Sequence record: MT446396.1
Reading direction: 5' to 3' (one strand)
DNA length: 64,000 nucleotides
Source of the DNA: Escherichia virus TH22
The notes under the pieces are model-generated. The model worked only from the letters and a program-made list of their open reading frames with translations, made no database searches and was not told the origin of the DNA. A program made the translations under genes and the position numbers. This document shows, piece after piece, positions 42,721-54,024 of this stretch. Numbering within the stretch: position 1 is the first letter of the stretch; each line of letters starts with the position of its first letter.

Positions 42721-42723
42721 GAA

Positions 42724-42746
42724 TAAAAAAGGGACCCGAAGGTCCC
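42724..42746 (-). terminator. terminator after gene 8 (GGGACC-CGAA-GGUCCC then U-run on the minus strand)
   Basis: Hairpin with A7 on the plus side. Confidence 0.7.
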
Positions 42747-42749
42747 TAG

Positions 42750-43754
42750 TTAGAATTCAAAAATAATGTTAACTTCTTCTGTCTGGTCCATTGCACGAAT
42801 AATTGGTGGGCGGTTTTCCATATAAATCATTTCCCCAGAATGACGGTCCAAATCAATTGCATCGTAGTATTCTTTGATTGCTTTGATATTTGGGTCATTA
42901 GGATGTACTTTAACTTCAAGTGGGTTGGATATAATCGACAGCTGTCGGAAGCCTTTGTTTCCCGGGAGACTGAATTCCGGGAAGTAAATGGAATCCATAA
43001 ATGCTTTAAATCTGATTGTATATCCTTTGATTCTATATATTAAACCGAAATCATCTTGTTGCCAGCTGATATTATCTTTGTAACCCCAGCGTGACGGGTC
43101 TTCTTCGATTTCTTCAGGCCATGGAACAACAATATATTCGTTAGTACAACGGTTGATGGATACATCAGGCGGAATCTCATACAAATATTCCCAGAGATAA
43201 CCATCGCCCATATCAACTCGTCCTTCAGTGTCGCCAGTCCCTGCTGGAGCTCTCGTCGAGTTATATTCTGCCGTCCATTTACCACCGAGTTTTAAGCACT
43301 CTTCTTTATTGATAATGGAATAAATGGAGCAAGTCCCAACATCAGGAACATCCACGCAACGATAAACCATCCAACCTTTACCAACATCAGTTCGGTTATA
43401 TGGAGCACTGTTAGCTACAACAATTTCCCCTACCTGGAAGTTAAGCGGATTAGGATATCTGATATCGCCCCAGTCTTTACGTGGGACAACACAATCAAGC
43501 ATTGACTTATAAACTTTGACTGCCCCCATCATATTGGTCCAAGTATCTTCAACACCTTGTGCTGTATCAACCGGATAAGGAGGGGCGAACCCCGGGTCAT
43601 TCTCATTCGAAGCCCAGGGTTCAGCCCGACCGAATGTTACATACATCGTATTCTGGTCAGGCTCGTTACCAATCATTTTATAAAAGTTATACATTTTTTC
43701 AGTTCGAAATTTCGAGGTAATTATCGAACGATAAACTACAGATGAATTATTCAT
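42750..43754 (-). CDS. 8: baseplate wedge subunit
   Basis: 334 aa, same length as T4 gp8; synteny. Confidence 0.85.
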   Translation of the reverse strand: MNNSSVVYRSIITSKFRTEKMYNFYKMIGNEPDQNTMYVTFGRAEPWASNENDPGFAPPYPVDTAQGVEDTWTNMMGAVKVYKSMLDCVVPRKDWGDIRYPNPLNFQVGEIVVANSAPYNRTDVGKGWMVYRCVDVPDVGTCSIYSIINKEECLKLGGKWTAEYNSTRAPAGTGDTEGRVDMGDGYLWEYLYEIPPDVSINRCTNEYIVVPWPEEIEEDPSRWGYKDNISWQQDDFGLIYRIKGYTIRFKAFMDSIYFPEFSLPGNKGFRQLSIISNPLEVKVHPNDPNIKAIKEYYDAIDLDRHSGEMIYMENRPPIIRAMDQTEEVNIIFEF

Positions 43755-46700
43755 TTACCTTTACCTGTGTGGGTTCTTTCGGGTCGCGTGGATTACCAAT
43801 ATCATCCTTAAGACGTTGATTAACCAAATTGCGCCAGTTAGCAAAAGTCACGGCAGACTGGTCAAACAATGGACTGTATTTTTTACGACGTTCAGACGGG
43901 AGAGTCCCATGAAAATCTGAAAAATCGTTTTCGGCATCATAATCTGCTGGTAATGGGAATGGTAAACCTGCATTAGGAGCAATATTATATACCGCTTCAC
44001 CTGTAACAGGACTACGCTCAATGTTTCCATCGGCCCCAATAACTGCGATACGGTCGCACCATTCTGACGGAATACCTGACGACCAACGATAGTTGTTCAG
44101 TTTATTGATAATAGTTTCGGTATGTTTTAATGACAGACCAGCATTAACAAACATTGTCAATAATGTAATTCCAACGAATCCAAATCCAACCGGATGAACA
44201 AATCGCAATACGTCATTACGATAACGAGATGTTGGGAGACTTGATTTAATGGTCATTACATAGTAAGAACGATTTCGGTTGATATAATCGATGTTGTTGC
44301 TAAGTAATTCTTTCCCACGAACACCCTGAACAATCATACCTTCAAAGGAAGTCCTTTCGGATTTAATTTCTTGCCCAACAATAAAGCGACCAAGTAAGTT
44401 ATGAATCGTGATACGCCATCTCAATTTACCCTGTTTGTAGTCACGTTCCATATAAGTAACGTTACTGCGACCAGTTGGTGTGTAAATTGTTTGTCCAACA
44501 ATATCTTCGCTGATGTTATCAGATTCGACGATTATGTCATACTCGGTTCCGTTCTTGGATTCAATATCGATTTCAACGTCTTCATTATATAACAATTTGA
44601 ACAAAAATTTATAGGATGCTTCAGTACCCTTAGTGGCCCAAAAATCAGACTGTCTTGCTTCAAAGAAACGAACTACTTCGTCACGCTTGGTCTTTGACAA
44701 ATATATATTTCTTTTGTACATTTCGCTCCAAAGGTATTCCCATGCATCTTCCTCGCGCGGGTACTGGTTGCGAATTAAGTTCAAAAGGTTGTTATAATAT
44801 GTACCAGAGCCATCACTGATAAACTGCAAATAATATTCACAGAATTTTTCAAAGTTGCTATCCTGGAGCAAATAACTATCTGGAACCATCTTTGTTAAAA
44901 GAGGACGCAAGTCTGGGTCTTTCTCTTGTTCGTCATTATCTGGTGTCCATGGAATATCATGTTCCTGGTTCTGTAATTCTGCAGTGAACATAACTTCTTT
45001 CGGTTTCCAGATTAATCTAACTTCATCACGCCTACGATAGTCAAATTCAAAATAGCCAATAAGCTCTCCAGTATTTTTGTGTAACATAATACCCGAGGCG
45101 TATTTTTTAAAGCCATTGAATTCGATGTTAGGAGAAGTAACTTTTACTTGACCTTTATTCCAGTATTCGTGTACAATACGTTCAGGGGATGAACCACCAA
45201 AGGTATCGATAATCTTTTGATACAGCATGTCATTATATACAACCAGAGCTCTGTCTGACGTAGTAATCCAACAACGAGTATCATCACGACGAGACCAGTT
45301 AAAGAACGGTTCAGCGTAATATGACATACGGCCAGGTTTAAACTCTTCCCAACCTGAATCTTTATTCGACCTAAAACTCATCATCAAATAATGCTTGTCA
45401 TGTATCCATTGTTCGTCATACACATATTTGACTGCTTCATTAACTTCTTCAGGATACTTAGCAGGGAGTTCAGTATCCGGCTCTACGGAATAACGGAAGT
45501 TACTTGAACTGATAAAAAGTTCAATTCCGTCGGTTGACATGCTTGTGTAACCATGTTCAATACGTCGACGTTCATCCTCTGTGTTACCAAAAACTCGTGT
45601 CCATGTATCGGTGTCAGCATTTAATTTATAAACGCCCTTAGATAACGAATCGACAACGTTTTCAGGTTTAGTCGGGTCTTGTCGCTCTTCTTTTACTTCC
45701 CCCGTGATTAATGCAAATACTTCACCATCAATTGCATCCATCTTATAACAAACAGCTTTTGGATTACCACTTATTGTGCTATATCCAGCTTCAAATAATT
45801 TTTCACCGAATGTTGGGGAGTTGGGGTCGTTATCAATTGGAGCATCAGAAGATTTAGCTTTGTACACACGGTCGCGCCCGGCAACGTAAATCATGGAATC
45901 GGTCGTAGTGATTGCTTCAGCAATTGTCGAGATATAAGCAGGAAGTCTTGCGTATGTGCCAAATATTTCAATATCAAATCCAAGATTGATATCCGAACCA
46001 ATTTTTGCAAATGTTATATCCTGGGAACTGAATCGAACATCATCAGCAGACCATCTTATGTCACTTGATTTGCGGCCGTAAAAAATTCGGTCATACCCGA
46101 GTACGTAAGTTGTCGTATCTGATTGATAATAAATTGTGCGCGATACTGGGTTACCGATACGGTCATTAAACAATTTTACATAATACCAGTTCTGCCCTTT
46201 ATCATTGGAGACTTTGACAGTTGTCTGGAATCGTTCAAACAAATACAGTACGCCACCGAGTTCAGCAATCATTGTACGATTAACATCGTTACATACCGGC
46301 TGAATGCTACCCTGGATTTCGTGGTATTGGTCTTCTTTTAATACATAGTTTGAAATTGAAGACAAATGAGAATACGCAGGAGTAAAGCTAAAATCTTCAG
46401 ACATCAGCGATGCCATAATTGCATCATTATTAAAGTTGATATAAGCTTGGTTATTGTTTGTAAATTTTTCTTCGATGAATTTATTTGTTAATGTAAATTC
46501 ACGCATGTGCTCAAATGTGTATGCGTTAGTTGCAAAGGTTTCAAATTCTTCGGTATAAACCCAATCAGATTGTTCAAAACCCATTGCTGCAACAGCAACA
46601 CGCATTTTGTAAAATGATACTGGACGAATAAAATCTTGTTCGAACCATTCATTGTCTGGAGTATAACCTAAATTCCTCCATAACAGATTTTCTTCTGGAA

Positions 46701-46845
46701 TAGCAACACCATTTTCTTTTGTCGTAGCAATCTCAACAAAATAATAAAAGTTGGCGCCAACATTATCCCATTTTATGCTAACCTGGTTAGCAGATAGTTT
46801 ATCAATCCGTAAGCTGGTTACATAAGGGGCTTTAACACTCATCAT
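43747..46845 (-). CDS. 7: baseplate wedge initiator
   Basis: 1033 aa from MMSVKAPYVTSLRIDKLSANQ (T4 gp7 MTVKAPSVTSLRISKLSANQ, 1032 aa, as recalled); AAGGA Shine-Dalgarno; the ORF-track start at 46938 would overlap gene 6. Confidence 0.9.
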   Translation of the reverse strand: MMSVKAPYVTSLRIDKLSANQVSIKWDNVGANFYYFVEIATTKENGVAIPEENLLWRNLGYTPDNEWFEQDFIRPVSFYKMRVAVAAMGFEQSDWVYTEEFETFATNAYTFEHMREFTLTNKFIEEKFTNNNQAYINFNNDAIMASLMSEDFSFTPAYSHLSSISNYVLKEDQYHEIQGSIQPVCNDVNRTMIAELGGVLYLFERFQTTVKVSNDKGQNWYYVKLFNDRIGNPVSRTIYYQSDTTTYVLGYDRIFYGRKSSDIRWSADDVRFSSQDITFAKIGSDINLGFDIEIFGTYARLPAYISTIAEAITTTDSMIYVAGRDRVYKAKSSDAPIDNDPNSPTFGEKLFEAGYSTISGNPKAVCYKMDAIDGEVFALITGEVKEERQDPTKPENVVDSLSKGVYKLNADTDTWTRVFGNTEDERRRIEHGYTSMSTDGIELFISSSNFRYSVEPDTELPAKYPEEVNEAVKYVYDEQWIHDKHYLMMSFRSNKDSGWEEFKPGRMSYYAEPFFNWSRRDDTRCWITTSDRALVVYNDMLYQKIIDTFGGSSPERIVHEYWNKGQVKVTSPNIEFNGFKKYASGIMLHKNTGELIGYFEFDYRRRDEVRLIWKPKEVMFTAELQNQEHDIPWTPDNDEQEKDPDLRPLLTKMVPDSYLLQDSNFEKFCEYYLQFISDGSGTYYNNLLNLIRNQYPREEDAWEYLWSEMYKRNIYLSKTKRDEVVRFFEARQSDFWATKGTEASYKFLFKLLYNEDVEIDIESKNGTEYDIIVESDNISEDIVGQTIYTPTGRSNVTYMERDYKQGKLRWRITIHNLLGRFIVGQEIKSERTSFEGMIVQGVRGKELLSNNIDYINRNRSYYVMTIKSSLPTSRYRNDVLRFVHPVGFGFVGITLLTMFVNAGLSLKHTETIINKLNNYRWSSGIPSEWCDRIAVIGADGNIERSPVTGEAVYNIAPNAGLPFPLPADYDAENDFSDFHGTLPSERRKKYSPLFDQSAVTFANWRNLVNQRLKDDIGNPRDPKEPTQVKVNE

Positions 46846-46852
46846 GGTTTCC

Positions 46853-46876
46853 TTAAAAAGCCTCCGAAGAGGCTTA
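46853..46876 (-). terminator. intra-operon hairpin/terminator between genes 6 and 7 (AGCCUC-CGAA-GAGGCU + U5)
   Basis: Hairpin overlapping the gene 6 stop, followed on the minus strand by a U-run; probably partial. Confidence 0.45.
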
Positions 46877-48820
46877 TAGTGTAATCGGTTCAAGGTCAAT
46901 CTTTGTATATTGCGGACGAAGGTCATTCTCAAATACAATCAGTGAACCATCTTGCGTGTATATATTATCTTGGTTGGGACTTGCATAAAGTTCGATTGAT
47001 TGAACTTCAAAGCGCTCGGAGGTCAATCCAATCGCGGCGATATCCCAAAAAATATAATCAGAGTAATAGTCAATTTCGCCAATTGCGTAATAAACTGTTT
47101 GGTCAGCCGGAGCTTCCATTTTATTAAAGTCATCTTGGAGGTAAGGCTGGATGTTTACGTTTTCGATAACATCACCCGGACGGAATGGACCAATTACCAT
47201 TTTGCCATCACCGCGAGAATCTTTATCAGTTGCAACAATGCGAACGTTATAGGCTTCACCCGTAGTCGGAACAAATTCAAATTCGCTTGATTCGACTGAA
47301 CGGTTGCCATACTGGTTATAGTATTTAATGCCGGATTCCGGAGTCTTAAAGAAGTTCAGGACTTCACGCACCATCGAAATGGTTGCAGACGAGCCAAGAA
47401 TACTATGGTCGGTATTATCCACATATGTAAGCATTTTTGACTTAGCAAAACTTCTGTTAAAGATTTCAACTTCATCGATATAATAACGGTCAATCTGATT
47501 AATGATTTGTGCTTGCAACCATTGTTCAGATTCTTGCAATTTGTTCAGCGCATAAGACACTTTGATATTATGTTTAAGGAACAAATAATCCGGAGAAATT
47601 ACCGATGGTGTAATTGTTGATACGTTGAACTCGCTAAGGTAGTTCTGGATGTCCTCACGCTGCACTGCAGTGAGATACAAGCCCGATTTAGGCTTAACTG
47701 ATATAAACGCATATCCAGGTTTATTAGCGTCTGTAAACGTCTGCACGGCTTGTACAATTGACCCAAATCTTTCGGATACGAAGGTATCATAATCTGTTCC
47801 GGTGACAGCACGCATCTGCGCTTCACGTTTAACAACAGCCAGTTCACGGATACGTTCGATATCTTCTGGGTCACCACCACCATCAGCACCGACATAATCA
47901 GGGTCATTATTGTAGTTTTCAGTAATCTTATCCACTGTGATATAAGACAACGTATCAGCATAACTGAAATCGACAGCGCCGTTTGCATCTGCCCCGGAAG
48001 TACGAAGATACTCAATAACAATTGTTGAATCTTGCACAGGTTTAAGACCGCCAATATAGTTGGCTTCCATAACGCCACCGGCCACAGATTTGGTGGATTC
48101 GCCTTCACCGAAGAAAAATTCGGTATAGCCATCGATTGTTTCACGCATATAAAATATGGTGGAAGTCGAACCAGCGTGAACCATTGATTTGTTCGTCCAG
48201 TCATCCCACTCAACACCATTCACATATAACTTAACTTCTTTGCGGTCAATATCCGGGTCGCGGATAAGAATAGGTTGTTTCGGGTCATATAAAAGTTCCG
48301 TACGAATAATACGACCCTGTGCCAGAGATACAATCGGAAGGTATTGGTTGTTAATATCTTTAACCGCGATAACGTTTTCCGTGGTAACAAAAACATAAGG
48401 GTCAGCTGATGTATCACGAGCATAAGCCAGGAATTTAGTTCCTCGTGGGATTTCAATATTCGACGGCTGCAAAGCATGAGAACATGTCAACATAACCGAA
48501 GTCTTTGCAGCCGAGCGAGAAGATGGAAGATATCCATTATCCTGCGCAGCCTGAACAACTGAAGACCTTAAGTTTGCAGTTCCAATAAATGATTCATAAA
48601 CCGCTGTATTAGCAAACTGCTGCATATACAATGTATTATATGCAAGCATGTCAATCAGGATATTCATTCGCGAACCTACGAAATCATAATCCTTAAATTC
48701 ATCCTGGCTTGATAACCAGTCGATGATATTCTTTTTAATTTCTTCAAACGTAGCTCCCACAAATACTTTTGGGATAGCGTTAACGGTTCTTGTTAATTGG
48801 TAATTCGTAGGAGTAGCCAT
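46874..48820 (-). CDS. 6: baseplate wedge subunit
   Basis: 648 aa; MATPTNYQLTRTVNAIP matches T4 gp6 MANTPVNYQLTRTANAIP as recalled. Confidence 0.9.
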   Translation of the reverse strand: MATPTNYQLTRTVNAIPKVFVGATFEEIKKNIIDWLSSQDEFKDYDFVGSRMNILIDMLAYNTLYMQQFANTAVYESFIGTANLRSSVVQAAQDNGYLPSSRSAAKTSVMLTCSHALQPSNIEIPRGTKFLAYARDTSADPYVFVTTENVIAVKDINNQYLPIVSLAQGRIIRTELLYDPKQPILIRDPDIDRKEVKLYVNGVEWDDWTNKSMVHAGSTSTIFYMRETIDGYTEFFFGEGESTKSVAGGVMEANYIGGLKPVQDSTIVIEYLRTSGADANGAVDFSYADTLSYITVDKITENYNNDPDYVGADGGGDPEDIERIRELAVVKREAQMRAVTGTDYDTFVSERFGSIVQAVQTFTDANKPGYAFISVKPKSGLYLTAVQREDIQNYLSEFNVSTITPSVISPDYLFLKHNIKVSYALNKLQESEQWLQAQIINQIDRYYIDEVEIFNRSFAKSKMLTYVDNTDHSILGSSATISMVREVLNFFKTPESGIKYYNQYGNRSVESSEFEFVPTTGEAYNVRIVATDKDSRGDGKMVIGPFRPGDVIENVNIQPYLQDDFNKMEAPADQTVYYAIGEIDYYSDYIFWDIAAIGLTSERFEVQSIELYASPNQDNIYTQDGSLIVFENDLRPQYTKIDLEPITL

Positions 48821-48828
48821 TTTATTTC

Positions 48829-49122
48829 CTATTTTATAAAGACTTTTGATGAGGCTTGAGCCACAGTATCACCACATGAAATCGGGTCTGCCATTTGAAC
48901 AGCTTTCTTACCAGTAACAAATACCTTTGATGTACGCGGTTGTGTTACTCCGCCGTGGGTTTCATATGGTTTTTTAATTTCGGTATGCTCGGTAATAGGG
49001 TCTCCGGCGACTAATACTGGAATTCCCCCGGTGAATACTTTACCTTGAGTTGCATTAATTACAGTCGGCGGCCATGCTTCGTGGCCTGCTGTAACACATT
49101 GATTAAAACTTAATCCAGCCAT
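48829..49122 (-). CDS. 5.4: PAAR-repeat spike tip protein
   Basis: 97 aa, same length as T4 gp5.4; position next to gene 5. Confidence 0.75.
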   Translation of the reverse strand: MAGLSFNQCVTAGHEAWPPTVINATQGKVFTGGIPVLVAGDPITEHTEIKKPYETHGGVTQPRTSKVFVTGKKAVQMADPISCGDTVAQASSKVFIK

Positions 49123-49643
49123 TAATCCCTCGCGTATACGTATGAACGCAATTTATCGGCCCATCTTGACCAGTTGCCAACGATAGTTTTTGTGTAAACT
49201 TTTGTCATTGTCTTTCTTACTGGAGCAGGAGGTGGGTCGGTCTCATTACCTGTACGGCTATTACTGCCACCAGAGTTCCCTGTGTCTCCGCCAGAGCTCT
49301 CTTCTTGAAAATCATAGGTTAGGGTTACCGTGTATGAAAAGACCTTCTGGAGGCTCGATGGGGCCCTCCAGAGATACAATTGAGTACTCTTATCGGTAGG
49401 AAGGTCTTCCCATGAACCAGCAGTTTTAAATTCATCATTAAGCCGATATTTAAGTGCATCATCTGCAAATCCAAACACGGATTCATAAACACCATAAAGA
49501 TGATTTCCCTCAACATTAACGCCAGGGGTGACCTCATATTCAGTTATATTTATTTCGACTAATGTTTCGTTTGTTTCTAATTGAGCTGTAAACGTAACAT
49601 CGATTGAGGCTCCTTCCATGGAGTCTCCTAGGTCAGTGCTCAT
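49122..49643 (-). CDS. 5.1: gene 5.1-like hypothetical protein
   Basis: Start uncertain: the ORF-track start is TTG inside gene 5; ATGs at 49679 or 49643, neither with a clear Shine-Dalgarno. Confidence 0.45.
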   Translation of the reverse strand: MSTDLGDSMEGASIDVTFTAQLETNETLVEINITEYEVTPGVNVEGNHLYGVYESVFGFADDALKYRLNDEFKTAGSWEDLPTDKSTQLYLWRAPSSLQKVFSYTVTLTYDFQEESSGGDTGNSGGSNSRTGNETDPPPAPVRKTMTKVYTKTIVGNWSRWADKLRSYVYARD

Positions 49644-49653
49644 CGGAAGTATA

Positions 49654-51396
49654 TTAGCCAATGTCAATCCTCGAACCATCAATAGTATATTGACCAGATG
49701 CAATAGAACTCATTGAAGCCATAGTCTCGGACCAAGCACCTGCACAAGTCCAAGATACGGTACCATTTACAGTCCAGTTTAAATTACCATTAGTCGTGCG
49801 AGTTTCATTACCTTCTACTAAGGTAGTCGCATCACCCTTAACAGTAACATCAGCATTTCCTTCAACAATAACAGTAACGTTGCCTTTAACTCTGAGTGTT
49901 CCATTACCTTCTACAGTTTTCTCTTCGTTACCACGAATATGGATGGTTTCGTTTCCATCGGTCTGACGACGAACGTTAGCCATATTGTAATAGGTTTCAT
50001 CACCACCAACGTTGACTTTATTATTCCCACCAACATAAGTGCTTGAATCGCCCTGGGTCATATAATAGCCATCGGCTACCGTCTTCGAAGTCTTACGACC
50101 ATCTGGTGCAACTTCCTCATAGGAACCGGTCGGATGAATCAGTCGATAACGTTCTTGTCCTGGAGTGTTATCAAATTCCTGAATATGACCGCCTTCAGTT
50201 TGCATTGTCTGCACGTAAGGATATTCACCTTTGTAACTTGATTCTGGCTCTTTAAATAGAATCCTCGTATCTTCTGGAGTCCACGGGTCGGCCGGGTCGG
50301 AATTTGTAGGGGCCACAAAGGTTTGAATCATCCTGTATGAACGCCCTTTAAATGACCTTTCTTTAGGGGCCATAATACCATATGATTCCATGTTACCTGT
50401 GAGGATAATCATTGATACCCTTGATGCACGGCCTTTAGTTTGGTTAAACCATACAGAATCACGAGCGGCATCAAATGCTTTCTTATAATCTCCGGCTAAC
50501 ATTGCAGCGAGCATCGTTTTAAATTTAGCAAGTCCACCTAATCCCATTTGGAAAGCCATGTTTTCAAGAGCCATTTGTCTTGAACGGTTTTCTTTATTGT
50601 AAACCGGACCTACAACACTATGTCTACCTATATCATTTTGGACTTTTTTAAGGTCTTCTTGGAATAACTTAGAAGCCTCGTCCATTGATATTGCACCAGG
50701 GTTACCTTTAACTTCACGGCCTATTTGATTGGATAATATTTTGTTTATCTGATTCATATCTCTAATAGGTTGTGGTGTAATTAAGTGTCCTATACCTATA
50801 GTAGGATAACCTTCAGTGTCCCAATATACTTTCAGACGAAGACCTTCATCGCGGTGAAGCATGTTTTCTATTGTGAAATTAGGATTATCATCAGGCTTAA
50901 CTTGGCTTAAATCTAACCCGTCTGGATTAATACCTACATCAGTGTTTGCATCTTGTATTACGTTTGAAGTGTCATCATAACCGACCTCACCGCCTCGGTT
51001 AAGCGCAGCAGCATCATTGCCCACATAAAGCGGATATTGCCCTGTGGGGTCACTAAAACCTTCTGTTGTGTTTGCCTTCTGTCTTGATGCTGAGCCATAT
51101 GTACCAAGGACTAATCCATTGAGCTTCCACTTGTCCAAAAAGTGACCATATACTTGAGTACCCGGGACCATACCAGTCATGGCAGTTTGAATACCGGAAA
51201 CCGATGCAGATGATGTTGGCATCAATACAGACATCCAGGGCAGGTCTTCAGTTCTGATACCTTTTACAGGCCCTTGCGATTTCTCATATGGATGCATACC
51301 CCATACACGAACACGAACACGACCTTGTTGAAGTGGGTCCATTCGGTCTTCGACAACACCGACGAACCAACTTACACTATCTGACATATTAATCAT
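49654..51396 (-). CDS. 5: baseplate hub/central spike with lysozyme domain
   Basis: 580 aa (T4 gp5 575 aa); C-terminal beta-helix repeats (VEGN/VKGN) ending IDGSRIDIG. Confidence 0.9.
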   Translation of the reverse strand: MINMSDSVSWFVGVVEDRMDPLQQGRVRVRVWGMHPYEKSQGPVKGIRTEDLPWMSVLMPTSSASVSGIQTAMTGMVPGTQVYGHFLDKWKLNGLVLGTYGSASRQKANTTEGFSDPTGQYPLYVGNDAAALNRGGEVGYDDTSNVIQDANTDVGINPDGLDLSQVKPDDNPNFTIENMLHRDEGLRLKVYWDTEGYPTIGIGHLITPQPIRDMNQINKILSNQIGREVKGNPGAISMDEASKLFQEDLKKVQNDIGRHSVVGPVYNKENRSRQMALENMAFQMGLGGLAKFKTMLAAMLAGDYKKAFDAARDSVWFNQTKGRASRVSMIILTGNMESYGIMAPKERSFKGRSYRMIQTFVAPTNSDPADPWTPEDTRILFKEPESSYKGEYPYVQTMQTEGGHIQEFDNTPGQERYRLIHPTGSYEEVAPDGRKTSKTVADGYYMTQGDSSTYVGGNNKVNVGGDETYYNMANVRRQTDGNETIHIRGNEEKTVEGNGTLRVKGNVTVIVEGNADVTVKGDATTLVEGNETRTTNGNLNWTVNGTVSWTCAGAWSETMASMSSIASGQYTIDGSRIDIG

Positions 51397-51995
51397 AGCG
51401 CCTTCTCCATCTCGCGGATTAATGCCGAAATAAATGATTCGATATCATTAGGGTCGATTATCTTTATTTCTCGTTTATATTCATTTTTGCGAATAGCATC
51501 TTCGTAGATATCCACTGCAGCTAATGGGCCTTCATACTGTGGGTATAATTTGTTCTTATCACCTTTATCATACCATGTGTATGGATTATCAGGATAAGAA
51601 ACAAGATTCCAGAATTTTTCACCATCTTCATTTACATGATAAAGAACCTGATTACCACCTATATTCGAATAGCGTTGAATTGATGCCTGATATGATGATT
51701 CTTGTGAACATATCCAACCATAATACGGGTCATAGATATTATTAAGCATAAGGAGAACCCAATAGAGTTGAGTATTACCATAGAGCTGATATGCAAGTTC
51801 TTCAGGTCTCGGAGCTCCGGCGATGTAATATGTTTTCGGTGTATAATTAACCGCGACCTTATCAAAATATGCACGATAGTTTCTGAAGATGTCAGTCATT
51901 GGGATGCTTAAGACATCTTCTTTCGTTAATGATGCCGAGTTTTTTCTGATTGTTTTAGCATCATAATCAATTGGGTTAAAAAATGAAAAAAGCAT
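51393..51995 (-). CDS. 53: baseplate wedge subunit
   Basis: 200 aa (T4 gp53 196 aa); ATGA overlap with gene 5. Confidence 0.8.
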   Translation of the reverse strand: MLFSFFNPIDYDAKTIRKNSASLTKEDVLSIPMTDIFRNYRAYFDKVAVNYTPKTYYIAGAPRPEELAYQLYGNTQLYWVLLMLNNIYDPYYGWICSQESSYQASIQRYSNIGGNQVLYHVNEDGEKFWNLVSYPDNPYTWYDKGDKNKLYPQYEGPLAAVDIYEDAIRKNEYKREIKIIDPNDIESFISALIREMEKAL

Positions 51996-52035
51996 AAAGC
52001 CTCCATTTACAATATGGTTTAAGTATGATATACTC

Positions 52036-52047
52036 TATTTATAAATA
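52036..52047. promoter_or_regulatory. palindromic divergent late promoters TATTTATAAATA (gene 53 on -, HNH/gene 4 on +)
   Basis: Same 12-mer palindrome as at 12546. Confidence 0.6.
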
Positions 52048-52065
52048 CATATGAGGAAAATATAA

Positions 52066-52773
52066 ATGAACTATCTAAAACATTACAATAACTTAATCCA
52101 ACGAGCTAAAAATCGAGCACCCATTGATGGTTACAAAGAGAAACATCACATTATTCCAAGATGTATGGGCGGATTAGATACTGATGAAAATTTAGTCGAG
52201 CTTACCGCTCCTGAACATTTTGTCGCCCACCTGTTATTGGTTAAAATTTATCCAGATAATCACTCGTTAGCACATGCTGCGAAAATTCTAATGGGTTCCA
52301 ACAATTACAATAACAAACAATTTGAATGGGTGCGCATCCGCGCTGTTGAGACTTCCATTAAGTTTCACACTGGACGTAAACGTTCAAAACAAACATGTGA
52401 AAATATTTCAAAAGCTCTTAAAGGTAAGAAATATGGCCCGCGCTCTGAAGAGCATTGCAAAAAGTTGTCAGAAGCAGCAAAGGGTAAAAAGTTCTCTGAA
52501 GAACATTGTAAGAAATTATCAGAAAGAGTGTTTACAGATGATTGGCGAGCAAAAATATCCAAGGCAAATAAAGAAAGAGTTTTGGTAAATCATAGCGAGA
52601 AAATAAAGCAAGGTATTACTGATGATGTCAGAAAACGTTTATCAGAGCTTAATAAAAATGCTCCCCGTCACACCTGTGAACACTGTGGAAAAATAACAAA
52701 TCCAGGCAACTATAAACGTTGGCATGGTGAAAATTGTAAGGTACTTAAAAATGGCGTACTCCGGGAAGTTTAA
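52066..52773 (+). CDS. HNH homing endonuclease (Mob-like) inserted between genes 53 and 4
   Basis: 235 aa; HHIIPRCMGG...ENLVELTAPEH HNH core, C-terminal CEHCGK...NC zinc-binding motif; 3' end overlaps the gene 4 start by 23 nt. Confidence 0.8.
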   Translation: MNYLKHYNNLIQRAKNRAPIDGYKEKHHIIPRCMGGLDTDENLVELTAPEHFVAHLLLVKIYPDNHSLAHAAKILMGSNNYNNKQFEWVRIRAVETSIKFHTGRKRSKQTCENISKALKGKKYGPRSEEHCKKLSEAAKGKKFSEEHCKKLSERVFTDDWRAKISKANKERVLVNHSEKIKQGITDDVRKRLSELNKNAPRHTCEHCGKITNPGNYKRWHGENCKVLKNGVLREV

Positions 52774-53200
52774 ACCAACAAATCTAGAAAAATATAAAGG
52801 TGATTGGAAGAAAATACAGTACAGGTCGAGTTGGGAGGCATATATGTTCAAGTGGCTCGACACTCACCCCAATGTTGTTCAATGGGGTTCTGAGACTGTT
52901 GTTATTCCATATTTTAGCAATGCTGATGGCAAAAAGCGCCGTTACTATATGGATATATGGTGTAAATTTGATACCGGCCAGCAATTTTTTATTGAAATAA
53001 AACCATTCAAAGAAACACAGCCCCCAAAAATTCCTGTAAATAATACAGCAGCCAGTAAGAAACGTTATATAAACGAAATGTACACTTATTCTGTGAACAG
53101 GGATAAGTGGAAAGCTGCACAAGCTACCGCAGATAAAATGGGTATTACATTTCGCATTCTAACCGAAAACGGCCTGAAAAAATTAGGATGGAAAGGATGA
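52751..53200 (+). CDS. 4: head completion protein
   Basis: 149 aa from [18 protein letters not shown], matching T4 gp4 [18 protein letters not shown] as recalled. Confidence 0.85.
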   Translation: MAYSGKFKPTNLEKYKGDWKKIQYRSSWEAYMFKWLDTHPNVVQWGSETVVIPYFSNADGKKRRYYMDIWCKFDTGQQFFIEIKPFKETQPPKIPVNNTAASKKRYINEMYTYSVNRDKWKAAQATADKMGITFRILTENGLKKLGWKG

Positions 53201-54024
53201 GTATTTTTACATTTATCAATGAATCTGCAGATAAACCAGGTCCGAAACCCAGTAAATCAGAACAACAATGGGTTGAGATAGGGGTTGAATTTTATACAGC
53301 AAAAGAAAAAGGAATGACCTCGAAGAAGTTTGCTGAAGAGAAAGGAATCAACTATTCGACCTTTACCAAAAGCATGTCGAGGTATCATTCAAGAATTCAG
53401 ACTGCTTATAAAGTATCCAAGCTCAAAAAGAAACCTGCTGGTAAACTTACGAAGGCTGAACGCCAGCTGATAATGGTGAATAGCTTTAGGAAGAGCATAA
53501 GAGATAAGATTGCTAACGAAGGCGCTGCAAGCAACACCAAATCTGCCAGATGGTTCGCAGAGACAATTAAGAAATCAGTTCGCGGCCACGTAACGGCTAA
53601 ACCTCAACCAGGTAAACTTTATGCTTATATCTATGATGCAAAGCATAAGGATACTCTTCCATACTGGGACAAATATCCGTTAATCATTTATCTTGGTCTA
53701 GGTAAGCATAATTTGATGTACGGTTTGAACTTGCACTATATTCCACCGAAGGCACGTCAAGAGTTCCTTGAGGAACTTCTTAAGCAATATGCTAATACTC
53801 CTACGATTACAAACAAGACTCATCTGAAGATTGATTGGTCAAAGGTGAAGGGATTTAAAGGGGCTGACCAGATGATTAAAGCATATATACCCGGCAATAT
53901 AAAAGGTACTATCACTGAAATCAAGCCCAGCGACTGGGCAAATGTGGTATTACTCCCCCTTCAGCAGTTTTTTTCAAAAGGCAAAAGATATTCTTCCCAG
54001 AAAGTATGGAGAAATTCACTTTGA
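53197..54024 (+). CDS. 2: DNA end protector protein
   Basis: 275 aa from [16 protein letters not shown] (T4 gp2 about 274 aa); ATGA overlap with gene 4. Confidence 0.8.
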   Translation: MSIFTFINESADKPGPKPSKSEQQWVEIGVEFYTAKEKGMTSKKFAEEKGINYSTFTKSMSRYHSRIQTAYKVSKLKKKPAGKLTKAERQLIMVNSFRKSIRDKIANEGAASNTKSARWFAETIKKSVRGHVTAKPQPGKLYAYIYDAKHKDTLPYWDKYPLIIYLGLGKHNLMYGLNLHYIPPKARQEFLEELLKQYANTPTITNKTHLKIDWSKVKGFKGADQMIKAYIPGNIKGTITEIKPSDWANVVLLPLQQFFSKGKRYSSQKVWRNSL